From assembly GCA_963682135.1 (NCBI GenBank), contig OY821645.1:2848001-2912000 (forward strand): a stretch of 64,000 nt of DNA, in the 5' to 3' direction. The DNA comes from Methanothrix sp. (GTDB taxonomy: Archaea > Halobacteriota > Methanosarcinia > Methanotrichales > Methanotrichaceae). Shown here in pieces: positions 1 to 11,600 of the stretch. The translations under genes were made by a program, and so were the position numbers. Numbering within the stretch: position 1 is the first letter of the stretch; each line of letters begins with the position of its first letter. A model generated the notes under the pieces. That model had not been told where the DNA came from. It ran no database searches and was given only the letters and a program-made list of their open reading frames with translations.

Positions 1-734
1 GCATCCTGTATAACCATCCCATGTCGCTCGATCAGATTATCCAATGATATGAGGGAAAAGTAGCATAGATGCTCATGGTAGATGGTATCGAACTCGCATT
101 GGTCGATTAGATCCTTGAGGTAGGGAGCTTCTATGATAGCTATCCCATCCTCTTTGAGTAGAAGACTGATACCAGCTACGAAGCCATTGAGATCAGCTAC
201 ATGTGCCAGCACATTGTGTGCATGGATAACATCTGCTTTCTTTCCCTGCAAAGCCAATTTATTCGCCAATTCAATACCGAAAAACTCAGATAATGTGGGA
301 ATGCCTCGCTCTTTCTCTGCCACCTTTGCTATGTTTATTGCTGGCTCAATTCCCAGAACTGGAATCCCTTTCTGCTTATAGTACTGGAGCAAGTATCCAT
401 CATTGCTAGCGATCTCGATGACAAAGTTGCTGCTATCCAAATGGCGAGAATTAATAACTCCTTCAACTAATCCTTGAGCGTGTCTCAACATAGTATCGGA
501 AAAGGAGGAAAAATAGAGATATTCTCTAAATAGCCTTTCAGGCGGCAACGTTTCAGTGATTTGCACCAGCTTGCAGTTAGGGCAGAAGACAAAATCCAGC
601 GGATAGATGGCCTCCAGCCTATCGAGCTCTTCAGCTCTTAGCAAGCCATTAGCCAGTGGGGTTTTTCCTAAGGAGAGGATGGTAATTAGGCCGGTCTCTC
701 CGCATGATCGGCAAAGAGGTTTATCAAGAATCAT
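1..734 (-). CDS. NDP-sugar C-methyltransferase (class I SAM-dependent, zinc-binding N-terminus); truncated by window edge
   Basis: My own translation from the ATG at 734 (ATGA overlap with the upstream stop): [12 protein letters not shown]...LG.TPLAN...[13 protein letters not shown]...[10 protein letters not shown]...GIEPA...[13 protein letters not shown]. Not in the ORF track because it lacks a stop. Confidence 0.9.
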   Translation of the reverse strand, partial: MILDKPLCRSCGETGLITILSLGKTPLANGLLRAEELDRLEAIYPLDFVFCPNCKLVQITETLPPERLFREYLYFSSFSDTMLRHAQGLVEGVINSRHLDSSNFVIEIASNDGYLLQYYKQKGIPVLGIEPAINIAKVAEKERGIPTLSEFFGIELANKLALQGKKADVIHAHNVLAHVADLNGFVAGISLLLKEDGIAIIEAPYLKDLIDQCEFDTIYHEHLCYFSLISLDNLIERHGMVIQD

Positions 735-1708
735 TTATGCCTCAGAAATTTCTCATACCAATTTATTGTTCTACGTAGGCCCTCATCAAGGCTAAAAAGC
801 GGCTGCCATTTCAAGTCGCGCCTTGCTTTAGCGGCGGTTAAGTATTGATGACGTATCTCATTTGTAGCCTCGCTTTGCACTTCAGGGGCATATGTAGAAT
901 TCATAATCTTGAGAATATTCTCAACCAATTCCAATACGGTTACCTGTATCTCGTTTGAAAAATTAAACGCCTGACCAAAAAGGTTCCTATTCTCGCCCAG
1001 CTTTTCCGCCAGTAGCATATACGCTGCTGCACCATCCTCTACATAAAAATAGTCTCTGATGTACTGCCCGTCCGAGCGAATGATTGGTCTATTTCCCCTC
1101 AGAACGGACCTGATAGTTCCCGGCACAACGCGGTTCCAGTTTAGGTCTCCGCCACCATAAAAATTTCCGCAGCGAGTAATTGCGAGCGGAAGGTCATAAG
1201 TTGCAACATAGGCCTGGGCAATTAGATCGGCGCAGGATTTGCTTACGTCGTAAGGATGGCGACCTTGCAGAGGTGTCTCCTCATCATAAGGCAGAGACTC
1301 GTGATCCCCATAGGCTTTGTCCGATGATGCCAGAACAATTTGTTTCACAGTGGGACTTCGCCTGCATGCTTCCAACATGGCCCAGGTTCCGCCTATATTC
1401 GTGTCAAAGGTGGAAATAGGATTGCGGTTAGCTATTGTCACAATGGTCTGAGCCGCTAGATGGATGACTGTTGAGATTTCATACTCGCCTAGTGTCTGCT
1501 CAAGCAATCCCTGATCTCGTACATCGCCCCGCACAACCTTGACGTTCTCGATCAATCTGGCCCGAACCAGCTCGCTCTGAGGCACCCAGTCTCGAACCAA
1601 ACAGACCACATCAGCTCCAGCTTCAACCAATCGACGCACCAGCCAGCCACCCACGAGACCGGTTGCCCCTGTAATAAATGTAGGCCGATCAAGCCAAAAA
1701 TGGCTCAT
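731..1708 (-). CDS. NAD-dependent sugar epimerase/dehydratase (CDP-glucose 4,6-dehydratase-like)
   Basis: ITGATGLVG Rossmann motif, SSDKAYG, YDVSK catalytic motif. Start placed at MSHF (1708), overlapping the rfbF stop. Confidence 0.88.
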   Translation of the reverse strand: MSHFWLDRPTFITGATGLVGGWLVRRLVEAGADVVCLVRDWVPQSELVRARLIENVKVVRGDVRDQGLLEQTLGEYEISTVIHLAAQTIVTIANRNPISTFDTNIGGTWAMLEACRRSPTVKQIVLASSDKAYGDHESLPYDEETPLQGRHPYDVSKSCADLIAQAYVATYDLPLAITRCGNFYGGGDLNWNRVVPGTIRSVLRGNRPIIRSDGQYIRDYFYVEDGAAAYMLLAEKLGENRNLFGQAFNFSNEIQVTVLELVENILKIMNSTYAPEVQSEATNEIRHQYLTAAKARRDLKWQPLFSLDEGLRRTINWYEKFLRHK

Positions 1709-2478
1709 TCCCATGCCTTCCAGGGTGCATGGCCTTCGTTCCATAGATTTTCAAGGAGCCGCTTGTCTCGCAGAGTGTCCATGCACTGCCAAAACCCGTT
1801 ATGCTTAAAAGCGGCCAACTGATGATCAGCAGCTAGTTGTTCAAGAGCATCTGATTCTAGACTGCATTGATCGCCATCCAGATAATCAAAGATACCGGGC
1901 TCAAAGACCAGAAATCCTCCATTGATCCATCCCTCTCCAATCTGAGGCTTTTCTGTAAAATCGGATATAAGGTCACCATCGAATATCAGGCCACCGAATC
2001 TGGCAGGCGGTCTCACCGCAGTAACCGTGGCAATGCGACCTTGAGAACGATGGAATCTCATCAGATCCTGTAGATCTACGTTACACACGCCATCACCATA
2101 TGTTACAAGAAAAGTATCATCCTTCAGCCATGGCTCCAATCTCTTTACCCGCCCCCCTGTATTTGTTTGTATGCCGGTATCTATCAAATTCAAAAGCCAG
2201 TCTTCACAATCTTTGTTTTGCATCTCTACTTTACCGTTGGAAAAATTGATCTGCATATTGCCGTTCAATGTGTAATAGTCAAGAAAATAGCGCTTGATAA
2301 ACTCGCTCTTGTAACCAAGGGCAATGAAGAAATCTCTAAAACTATAATGGGAATAATGTTTCATGATATGCCAGAGAATCGGCTTTCCTCCAATTTCTAC
2401 CATTGGCTTGGGTCTCACCTCAGTTTCTTCAGCCAAGCGTGTGCCAAGTCCTCCTGCAAGAATTGCGACCTTCGTCAT
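1705..2478 (-). CDS. rfbF: Glucose-1-phosphate cytidylyltransferase
   Basis: [58 protein letters not shown]. Confidence 0.95.
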   Translation of the reverse strand: MTKVAILAGGLGTRLAEETEVRPKPMVEIGGKPILWHIMKHYSHYSFRDFFIALGYKSEFIKRYFLDYYTLNGNMQINFSNGKVEMQNKDCEDWLLNLIDTGIQTNTGGRVKRLEPWLKDDTFLVTYGDGVCNVDLQDLMRFHRSQGRIATVTAVRPPARFGGLIFDGDLISDFTEKPQIGEGWINGGFLVFEPGIFDYLDGDQCSLESDALEQLAADHQLAAFKHNGFWQCMDTLRDKRLLENLWNEGHAPWKAWE

Positions 2479-3770
2479 GTCTTACCTCTATCAATTGAAT
2501 CGAACTTCGTGGTCCAGCGAAGGAGGGGCCTTACTACGCCAGGCAAATTACCAGAATAATCCCCTCGGGCCGAATCACCATTTTGGCTATCAATAACTTG
2601 GAAAGAGATTGCGTCACGCTCATAAAAAAGAGATATTCCGGCTTTAAAATTGCTAATAACAGCATCAACAATCATAGATCCTTCTGACAACATATTGCCT
2701 GGTATCCATGCTGTACTCAAATAATGTCCTGGAGTACGAGGATGCCGATTCCATACGGGGTCTTGGTCAATTGTAACAAAGGCATTTACTCCTTCTTCTG
2801 TAATAAGATGATAATTTGGGGCCAGAATGTATCCGGGTTTTAGCACCTTAAACTCCATCTCGATTCCCACTGGCTTTCGGATATCCACTGCATCGGCAAT
2901 CTCTCCTTCTTCCGTTCGCACCCTTACCGCCAGCAGTCGCACAATGTCATTTCCCGGAGCTTTATTAATATCCGTCCATTCTCTTGCCGCCGTAGTGCCT
3001 ATGCCGGACCGCAAATATGTACTTACCACCTGCGAAGAAGGGCCATCGTGCTGGACGCTCCCTGCATCCAGTAGGATCGTACGCGGACAGAGGCGGGTTA
3101 TGGCCGGCATATTATGAGATACAAATAGAACCGTTCTCCCTTCTTCGCCCACGCTTTGCATCTTATTCAAGCATTTTTTCTGGAAGGATGAATCCCCCAC
3201 CGCCAGCACCTCATCCACCAGCAGAACCTCCGGCTCCAAATGAGCGGCCACAGCAAAGGCCAATCGCACATACATGCCGCTGGAGTAGCGCTTGGCCGGA
3301 GTATCCAAAAACTTCTCCACCTCAGCAAACTTGACAATATCGTCGAACTTCTTATCGATCTCTCGCTGTTTCATACCCAATATGGAGCCACTAAGATAGA
3401 TATTCTCCCGCCCGGTAAGCTCGGGATGAAAGCCCGTGCCCACCTCCAGGAGAGAGCTGACCCGCCCATGCAGCTCCACAGATCCAGTTGTTGGCGAGGT
3501 GATCTGAGATAGAATTTTGAGAAGGGTGCTCTTGCCGGTTCCATTTCTGCCAATGATGCCGACTACCTCTCCCGACTCGATTTCGAAAGAGACATCCTTC
3601 AATGCCCAGAAGTATTCGTCTCCGTAGCTTGTTTTCGACTTTTGCATTAGTCGTCGAAGCGGGGTGGTTGCGATAGCAGTAAGGGCGTCTCTGAATGTCT
3701 TGTAGGATTCTCGCTTGCCTATGCAGTAGCGTTTGCCCAGGTGCTTGACACGTATTGCAGTCTTTGTCAT
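2475..3770 (-). CDS. wzt: Polysaccharide ABC transporter ATP-binding protein with C-terminal Wzt carbohydrate-binding domain
   Basis: FWALKDVSF, GRNGTGKST Walker A, YSSGMYVRLAFAVAAHL, DEVLAVGD; extra ~180-aa C-terminal domain. Confidence 0.93.
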   Translation of the reverse strand: MTKTAIRVKHLGKRYCIGKRESYKTFRDALTAIATTPLRRLMQKSKTSYGDEYFWALKDVSFEIESGEVVGIIGRNGTGKSTLLKILSQITSPTTGSVELHGRVSSLLEVGTGFHPELTGRENIYLSGSILGMKQREIDKKFDDIVKFAEVEKFLDTPAKRYSSGMYVRLAFAVAAHLEPEVLLVDEVLAVGDSSFQKKCLNKMQSVGEEGRTVLFVSHNMPAITRLCPRTILLDAGSVQHDGPSSQVVSTYLRSGIGTTAAREWTDINKAPGNDIVRLLAVRVRTEEGEIADAVDIRKPVGIEMEFKVLKPGYILAPNYHLITEEGVNAFVTIDQDPVWNRHPRTPGHYLSTAWIPGNMLSEGSMIVDAVISNFKAGISLFYERDAISFQVIDSQNGDSARGDYSGNLPGVVRPLLRWTTKFDSIDRGKT

Positions 3771-3773
3771 CTT

Positions 3774-4631
3774 TCACACCACATCGGCAAAGGTCTTTTC
3801 CATGCGTTTAAAGTAATAGGCACCCGAGACGAGTAACACTATTACTATCACGAATGAGAATGCGATCATTGTGCTGGGTGGATTCGTACCCAACAGTGCC
3901 CAGCGAAAACCTTCTATGACTCCTGCCATGGGGTTCAAGCCGTATATCCATCTGTACGACCCTGGCAAGATTGTGCTTGGATAGACCACGGGCGATGCAA
4001 ACAGCCAGAGCTGGATTAGGAACGGCAGAGTATATTGGAAGTCTCGATATTGCACATTAAATGCTGAGAGCCATAGTCCGACGCCCATTGAAGTCATCAG
4101 AGCCAGCAAAATGAATAGCGGAAGCCATATGATGTTAATAGTAGGAATGAAGCCATAGTATAACATCATGACGATAAGTATAGCGAAGGCGATCATAAAA
4201 TCTATTAGCGGTGATAGGATGCCTGAGATGGGCATGACCAGACGGGGAAAGTAAACCTTGGTCATGATATTAGCATTGGTGATCATGCTATTCGTCGATC
4301 GAGTGATGCCCTCGGAGAACAGAGTCCAGGGCAGGAGTGCAGCATAGCTGAATAGTGGATAGGGGATTCCTTCCGAAGGGATCTTGGCCAGCTTGCCGAA
4401 GAAGATGGTAAAAACAACCATCATCATGAATGGTTGAATGACTGCCCAGGCGGCGCCGAGAGCCGTTTGTTTATATCTGACTTTTATATCCCGCTTGGCA
4501 AAGGTATAAATCAACTCTCTGTACTCCCAGAGCTCTCTCAGGTCTATGGGCAGCCATCCGTCCAGTGGGCGGATGATTCTTACCGGAGCTTCAAAATGGT
4601 CCGCTTTACTCTTATTCAATGTGTCGTTCAT
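3774..4631 (-). CDS. wzm: Polysaccharide ABC transporter permease
   Basis: RDIKVRYKQTALGAAWA, KVYFPR, LNPMAGVIEGFRWALL, FKRMEKTFADVV; multiple TM helices. Confidence 0.93.
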   Translation of the reverse strand: MNDTLNKSKADHFEAPVRIIRPLDGWLPIDLRELWEYRELIYTFAKRDIKVRYKQTALGAAWAVIQPFMMMVVFTIFFGKLAKIPSEGIPYPLFSYAALLPWTLFSEGITRSTNSMITNANIMTKVYFPRLVMPISGILSPLIDFMIAFAILIVMMLYYGFIPTINIIWLPLFILLALMTSMGVGLWLSAFNVQYRDFQYTLPFLIQLWLFASPVVYPSTILPGSYRWIYGLNPMAGVIEGFRWALLGTNPPSTMIAFSFVIVIVLLVSGAYYFKRMEKTFADVV

Positions 4632-4711
4632 AATTATTCTTCGTCACTATTCACCTGTTGATATGATATCCAATGAGAGTCATTGTCAATGAAACACATG
4701 CACGTAGTATT

Positions 4712-5860
4712 CCTGGGTCGTGTACTTGATTTACTGAAAAGGTATCTTGAATCCCATCAACTCCTTGATAGTCCATACATGATCAGTCATTCCTTCTGCC
4801 ATTGCAGGTGTTCTTTGCATCCACTTTTTCCTTTCTTGATCAATCCTTTTCCGAAGTGACTTATGTGGCTTGACGAAGTTGTACCAAGCCTGGAAAAAGT
4901 CCAAAGCATGAGTATGCCTCCCCAAGATCTTGCTGCAATTCATACTCTTGCGCACAAATCGCGCCAATGAATTGCGAATTGTGAGATTCAACCGCTCAAT
5001 ATATGCCGTATTGATCTTTCCACCAGAATCGGCACCGAGTAAACTCATTACCTCTTTTGGATCACCATAAACAACACACTGTATTACCTCAACGATTCGT
5101 CCCTCCTCCCTTTTTTTGCATACCTTTGCATACTTCAGATTGGGATAAGGAACCAGTACTGGCTCAGGCTTTCTTCCGATTCCGCAGTAATGGGGAGTCT
5201 CAAGAAAACCATAAACATTGAGAAGCCCTTCCTCGAATGGATCCCAGTTACAGGAATTGACGAATCAATTGCTCGACGTTTTTCAATATCGCCAAAAAAT
5301 TCGACACAATCATCGGCAGTTCTTTTTCCTTCATGATGGCTCAAAAAAAGTCGAGTGTCAGGTTTTATTGCAGTCAGGCTGTAGACATCGCCGTATTCTT
5401 TCGAATCGCTGGCAGCGACGTTTTTCTCCTTTTTTTATATATGACCAGATCTCATCAACTTGCACGCGGTCCAAGCGAAGTTCTCTCAGAAAATAATCCG
5501 TAACTTCTTTGCAGTGCTCGCCGGCAAGATAGACCCACTTGCATATTGTGCTCTTATCATGGCCCGACATCCGTGCAGCTCCGCGAATGCTTCCTTTCTC
5601 TGGAATCATTGCCAGTGTTCGGCAGACCTCATCAATTGAAGTGTTAAGGCCAAAGAACGGCGTTCCGTGAGTTTCGCTGAAACAATGGCCGCATGTTCTG
5701 CATTTAAGGAGCGCCCGGTTATCCTTACCATATCTCTCCTTCAAAACTATGTTTCCTGCACCCTTTTTCCCGTAATCAGTACAATCTTTCTGCCAGCACC
5801 AAAAATTTGGCAAATCAAGACTTAACTCCATCGCTACCCCTTATCAATTATACAATGAGG
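4712..5860 (-). mobile_element. IS1-family insertion sequence (methanogen type), probably defective
   Basis: ORF 5358-5831 has a zinc-finger (CWQKDC...CRTCG), an HTH and QVDEIWSYIKK ending at an A7 slippery site. Downstream frames give a DDE domain (INTAYIERLNLTIRN...YNFVKPHKSL...RTPAMAEG). Imperfect IRs CCT..TGTA..TTGAT; (G)TAGTATT directly repeated on both flanks. Confidence 0.85.
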
Positions 5861-5865
5861 TAGTA

Positions 5866-6393
5866 TTAAAATATTTCAGTAAAAGAAGTATACAACCCAA
5901 AGTTGGATGGCGGTACTTTCGGCTTCTCTACCAGCCTCTTAACACCTCCATGCTCATCAAACTCCGCCACACCAAAACGCTGCGGATCATCTACCTCTGT
6001 TAGAAGAACGAGTGCATCAGGATCTAATTTTCGAAACTTCTCAGCATGCTTGGCGATCCCGCCTTTTATGATGTTGTCTCCCAGATACATGATGAACTCA
6101 TCATCGCCTAAAGAATCCTCGGAGATAAGAATGGTATGGGCCAGGCCCCTTGTCTCCCCCTGGTAGATGAACTCGATGTTGGCATCCCATTCTACGGAAT
6201 TTACGGTCTCGATTACCTGATCCTTGTTAGGCCCCAGAATTATGCCGATATCTTTGGCTCCGGCTTCGATAACGTCTTCGATTGGGTAGAAATGAATGGG
6301 CTTGTTGGCTACGGGGATGAACTGCTTCTGCTGGGAATGGGTTATGGGCCGCAGCCTGGTGCCATGGCCATCCGAAAGGATAAGGGCCTTCAT
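5866..6393 (-). pseudogene. rmlA: Glucose-1-phosphate thymidylyltransferase, truncated
   Basis: ILSDGHGTRLRP (G->D in the GGxGTRL motif), MYLGDN, RFGVAE, LVEKP; ends at 175 aa just before the IS. Confidence 0.82.
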
Positions 6394-6437
6394 TTTTTAC
6401 CTCGCGTTTTCTATGCTTCAGTTTTGAAGCTTTTAGA

Positions 6438-7349
6438 TCATTTAATTTTTCTCATCCAGAAACTTCCAGGCCAAACGTTACTCCTGTTGTAGGAATGGAA
6501 TGCCTTCTCTAATTTATCAGGATGCTTTAGGTGCATAAAGCTGCCTCCCCATAATACTTCAAAGGAATCATTAAATAAAAGAAATGCGTGTAATAGGTAC
6601 TGCTCATTTAAGAACCTATGACTATCGATCCATTCTTTCTTATATTCCGCTGGTAAGAATATATCGTGTATATGAACAATAACTCCTTTATTGAGTCTTG
6701 GTAACAGCTCCAGATATTCAAGCTGAACATCGGAGCCTATCCTCAGGACGTGAGAGGAATCTATAAAGAGAATATCATTATCATCTAACTTGCTGAATTC
6801 AGATAAATTAACATCTTGAAGTTTGATTGATATTAACTTAGACAATCCGGGAAAACCTTTCCGAAGCGTCTTATTTGGATATGGCTCGATTACAATTAAT
6901 TCTGTATCATTGCCAAATTCCTCTTTATTCTTTTTTATGGCCTGTGCAGCCAAGTAAGTAGAATTACCAGCTCCAATTTCAATAATTTTCCTGGGTTTAA
7001 AGTGCCTGATCATGCAATAGTATATCTCGGCATCTACGGACTCAAAGGACCCATTCTTAATGTAATATTGATCGGGAATACATGTTTTAGTTCTAGGAAA
7101 TCTTTCATATTCCTGTATATATTTATTCAAAAATAATTCCAATATATTAATCATAAACTGGCTATTGATATTTAAACCCGGAAGTTCTGAATCTTTATCC
7201 CATAACGCATCGCCTAAATATCTAGTATCCGGAATGGGTGATTCAAAATAGTTCCTTGTAATATGAAATCCAAAAAACTCCCATAAAACGAATGTTCTAT
7301 TTAAAATATATTCCATAAAATAATAATATATTTTTTGAATCTTCTCCAT
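6438..7349 (-). CDS. Class I SAM-dependent methyltransferase (Methyltransf_24-like), glycan modification
   Basis: IIEIGAGNST, ILFIDSSHV, VHIHDIFLP, NEQYLL; markedly AT-rich DNA. Confidence 0.85.
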   Translation of the reverse strand: MEKIQKIYYYFMEYILNRTFVLWEFFGFHITRNYFESPIPDTRYLGDALWDKDSELPGLNINSQFMINILELFLNKYIQEYERFPRTKTCIPDQYYIKNGSFESVDAEIYYCMIRHFKPRKIIEIGAGNSTYLAAQAIKKNKEEFGNDTELIVIEPYPNKTLRKGFPGLSKLISIKLQDVNLSEFSKLDDNDILFIDSSHVLRIGSDVQLEYLELLPRLNKGVIVHIHDIFLPAEYKKEWIDSHRFLNEQYLLHAFLLFNDSFEVLWGGSFMHLKHPDKLEKAFHSYNRSNVWPGSFWMRKIK

Positions 7350-7397
7350 TTATCCACCCGATACAAGTCAATTCTTTATTCTTTAGGTTTTTTCGTT

Positions 7398-7414
7398 CTC
7401 TGTGCCTCCGTGGT
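7398..7414. repeat. REP-like motif CTCTGTGCCTCCGTGGT
   Basis: 14/17 identical to the arm of the perfect inverted repeat at 38182-38262. Confidence 0.45.
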
Positions 7415-7454
7415 TCGCTATTTGCTGAGAACCCTTACACTTCGTCCTACCACG

Positions 7455-8514
7455 TCAGCTTCCATGGAGTGGCGCTCGGAGTCTTTTCGTCTGCCAGGGC
7501 CTTCCACCAACCTTCATTCTTCGCATACCACTGGACGGTGTCCTCAATCTCCTGCTCGAAACTATGCAGAGGCTCCTTCCCAGATCTCGGCGAATCTTTG
7601 AGGAATCAAGGCTGTAGCGCAGGTCATGGCCCGCTCGGTCTTCTACATACTCCTGGGAGCCGTCATCTTTAACAAGACTATTGAGAATTGATCTGACGAT
7701 CTCCAGATTATTACATCGGGAACACGGAGGGCCACGAATACCCTGACTTTCAGGTTGGGTTGACCGCACGCAGTTTGATTTTTCTCAGCTCCCGAAGAGA
7801 TGTTGTATATCTCACCCGGCTTGCCTGACTTCATGACGCTCTCCACTGCCCGGCAGTGATCCTCGACATGAATCCAATCCCGGATGTTCATGCCTGAGCC
7901 GCAGATGGGGATCTTCAGGCCCAGTGAGGCTCTGATAATGGTCTTGGGAATATGCTTCTCAGGAAATTGGTGAGGCCCATAATTGTTAGTGCATCTGGTT
8001 ATCGAGGCATTGAGGTCATAGGTTCTCGCATACCCCAGCACGAAGACGTCAGAGGCGGCCTTGCTAGCGGAATAGGGAGACGAAGGCCGCAGAGCATCGC
8101 TCTCTTTGAAGGAGCCTTCTAGAATATCTCCATAAACCTCATCTGTGGAGATGTGAACCAGCCGCACGGAGGGATTCACCTTTAGTAGAGCCTTAAAGAA
8201 TGGTTTACACACCTAAAGCATTGCTCTGCAGAAATGCTTCCGGAGCGGAGATGTTCCTGTCCACGTGAGTCTCGGCAGCGAAGTTTACTATTACGTCTAT
8301 GTCTCAATGAGTTTTGAAACCTGGGATAAATTGGTGATGTCGCCCTTAAAAAGGAGTATCTGCTGTCATTTTCCAGGTCGGATAGATTGGCGGGATTAGA
8401 TCCATACTTCAGGTCATCCAGGTTTATAACGGTGATATTGCTAATATTATCTAAAATGTACCTCATAAAGTTGGACCCAATGAATCCGGCACCTCCTATG
8501 TCCAGTACTTTCAT
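7455..8514 (-). pseudogene. rmlB: dTDP-glucose 4,6-dehydratase, multiple frameshifts
   Basis: Three ORF fragments: GGAGFIGSNF; HISTDEVYG..PSSPYSASKA..RCTNNYGPHQFPEK; YVEDRAGHDLRYSLDSSKI. Confidence 0.88.
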
Positions 8515-8659
8515 GAAAAGACTCCTATTATTATCTTATTGTTGCATAATTTTTGGAATCATACTTTTTGCGGATAAATCTCAGAGTTGCTGGAAGCGCA
8601 TGAAGGACGAACCCAGAGTCTTTAATATATACTCAAATAAGAAATCAGGACTATTTGGC

Positions 8660-11600
8660 CTAGCCTTTGTAGCCTAGCTCACGGGCCCTAGCTAAGGCTG
8701 CGTCTGATTCAGAAGAACGACTAAGAAAATAAAGAGCGTCGCTTTTTCCTTTCCAGGCATCTACATGTTTGGGATTCAGTTCAATTGCTTTCTCGAACGC
8801 CTCGATCGAATCATTATATTTTCGCTGGCTATTTAGAGCTCTGCCTTTTGCCGCCCAGTTGTTCGCGTCCCTTGGATTGAGTTCGATAGCCCTGTCATAT
8901 GCTTGAATCGATTCGTTCTTCCGTCCCAGGCTTGCTAGAGGATCTGCCTTGCTGATCCAGTAGCTCGTCTCTTTTGGATTCAGTTCAATCGCTTTCTCAA
9001 AAGCGTCGAGCGATTCGTTATATTTTCGCTGGCTATTTAGAGCTCTTCCTTTTGCCGCCCAGTTGTTCGCGTCCCTTGGATTGAGTTCGATAGCCCTGTC
9101 ATATGCTTGAATCGATTCGTTCTTCCGTCCCAGGCTTGCTAGAGGATCTGCTTTGCTGATCCAGTAGCTCGGTTCTTTTGGATTCAGCTCGATAGCTTTC
9201 TCGAATGCCTCGATCGACTCATTATATTTTCGTTGAGTATTGAGAGCTCTCCCTTTGGCTGCCCAGTTGTTAGCGTCCTTTGGATTGAGTTCGATAGCTC
9301 TGTCATATGCTTGAAGCGACTCGTTCTTCTGTCCCAGGCTTGCGAGGGGATCTGCCTTGCTGATCCAGTAGCTCGTCTCTTTTGGATTCAGTTCAATCGC
9401 TTTCTCAAAAGCGTCGAGCGATTCGTTATATTTTCGCTGGCTATTTAGAGCTCTTCCTTTTGCCGCCCAGTTGTTCGCGTCCCTTGGATTGAGTTCGATA
9501 GCCCTGTCATATGCTTGAATCGATTCGTTCTTCCGTCCCAGGCTTGCTAGAGGATCTGCTTTGCTGATCCAGTAGCTCGGTTCTTTTGGATTCAGCTCGA
9601 TAGCTTTCTCGAATGCCTCGATCGACTCATTATATTTTCGTTGAGTATTGAGAGCTCTCCCTTTGGCTGCCCAGTTGTTAGCGTCCTTTGGATTGAGTTC
9701 GATAGCTCTGTCATATGCTTGAATCGATTCGTTCTTCCGTCCCAGGCTTGCTAGAGGATCTGCTTTGCTGATCCAGTAGCTCGGTTCTTTTGGATTCAGC
9801 TCGATAGCTTTCTCGAATGCCTCGATCGACTCATTATATTTTCGTTGAGTATTGAGAGCTCTCCCTTTGGCTGCCCAGTTGTTAGCGTCCTTTGGATTGA
9901 GTTCGATAGCTCTGTCATATGCTTGAAGCGACTCGTTCTTCTGTCCCAGGCTTGCGAGGGGATCTGCTTTGCTGATCCAGTAGCTCTGTTCTTTTGGATT
10001 CAGCTCGATAGCTTTCTCGAATGCCTCGATCGACTCATTATATTTTCGTTGAGTATTGAGAGCTCTCCCTTTGGCTGCCCAGTTGTTAGCGTCCTTTGGA
10101 TTGAGTTCGATAGCTCTGTCATATGCTTGAAGCGACTCGTTCTTCTGTCCCAGGCTTGCGAGGGGATCTGCTTTGCTGATCCAGTAGCTCTGTTCTTTTG
10201 GATTCAGCTCGATAGCTTTCTCGAATGCCTCGATCGACTCATTATATTTTCGTTGAGTATTGAGAGCTCTCCCTTTGGCTGCCCAGTTGTTAGCGTCCTT
10301 TGGATTGAGTTCGATAGCTCTGTCATATGCTTGAAGCGACTCGTTCTTCTGTCCCAGGCTTGCGAGGGGATCTGCTTTGCTGATCCAGTAGCTCTGTTCT
10401 TTTGGATTCAGCTCGATAGCTTTCTCGAATGCCTCGATCGACTCATTATATTTTCGTTGAGTATTGAGAGCTCTCCCTTTGGCTGCCCAGTTGTTAGCGT
10501 CCTTTGGATTGAGTTCGATAGCTCTGTCATATGCTTGAAGCGACTCGTTCTTCTGTCCCAGGCTTGCGAGGGGATCTGCTTTGCTGATCCAGTAGCTCTG
10601 TTCTTTTGGATTCAGCTCGATAGCTTTCTCAAAGGCGTCGATCGATTCATTATATTTAGCTTGACGATTTAGAGCACTTCCTTTTGCGGCCCAGTTGTTA
10701 GCGTCTCTTGGATTGAGTTCGATAGCTCTGTCATATGCTTGAAGCGACTCGTTCTTCTGTCCCAGGCTTGCGAGGGGATCTGCTTTGCTGATCCAGTAGC
10801 TCTGTTCTTTTGGATTCAGCTCGATAGCTTTCTCAAAGGCGTCGATCGACTCATTATATTTTCGTTGAGTATTGAGAGCTCTCCCTTTGGCTGCCCAGTT
10901 GTTAGCGTCCTTTGGATTGAGTTCGATAGCTCTGTCATATGCTTGAAGCGACTCGTTCTTCTGTCCCAGGCTTGCGAGGGGATCTGCTTTGCTGATCCAG
11001 TAGCTCTGTTCTTTTGGATTCAGCTCGATAGCTTTCTCAAAAGCGTCGATCGATTCATTATATTTAGCTTGACGATTTAGAGCACTTCCTTTTGCGGCCC
11101 AGTTGTTAGCGTCTCTTGGATTGAGTTCGATAGCTCTGTCATATGCTTGAAGCGACTCGTTCTTTCGTCCCAGGCTTGCGAGGGGATCTGCTTTGCTGAT
11201 CCAGTAGCTCTGTTCTTTTGGATTCAGCTCGATAGCTTTCTCAAAGGCGTCGATCGACTCATTATATTTTCGTTGAGTATTGAGAGCTCTCCCTTTGGCT
11301 GCCCAGTTGTTAGCGTCCTTTGGATTGAGTTCGATAGCTCTGTCATATGCTTGAAGCGACTCGTTCTTCTGTCCCAGGCTTGCGAGGGGATCTGCTTTTC
11401 TGATCCAGTAGCTCTGTTCTTTTGGATTCAGCTCGATAGCTTTCTCAAAAGCGTCGATCGATTCATTATATTTAGCTTGACGATTTAGAGCACTTCCTTT
11501 TGCGGCCCAGTTGTTAGCGTCTCTTGGATTGAGTTCGATAGCTCTGTCATATGCTTGAAGCGACTCGTTCTTTCGTCCCAGGCTTGCGAGGGGATCTGCT

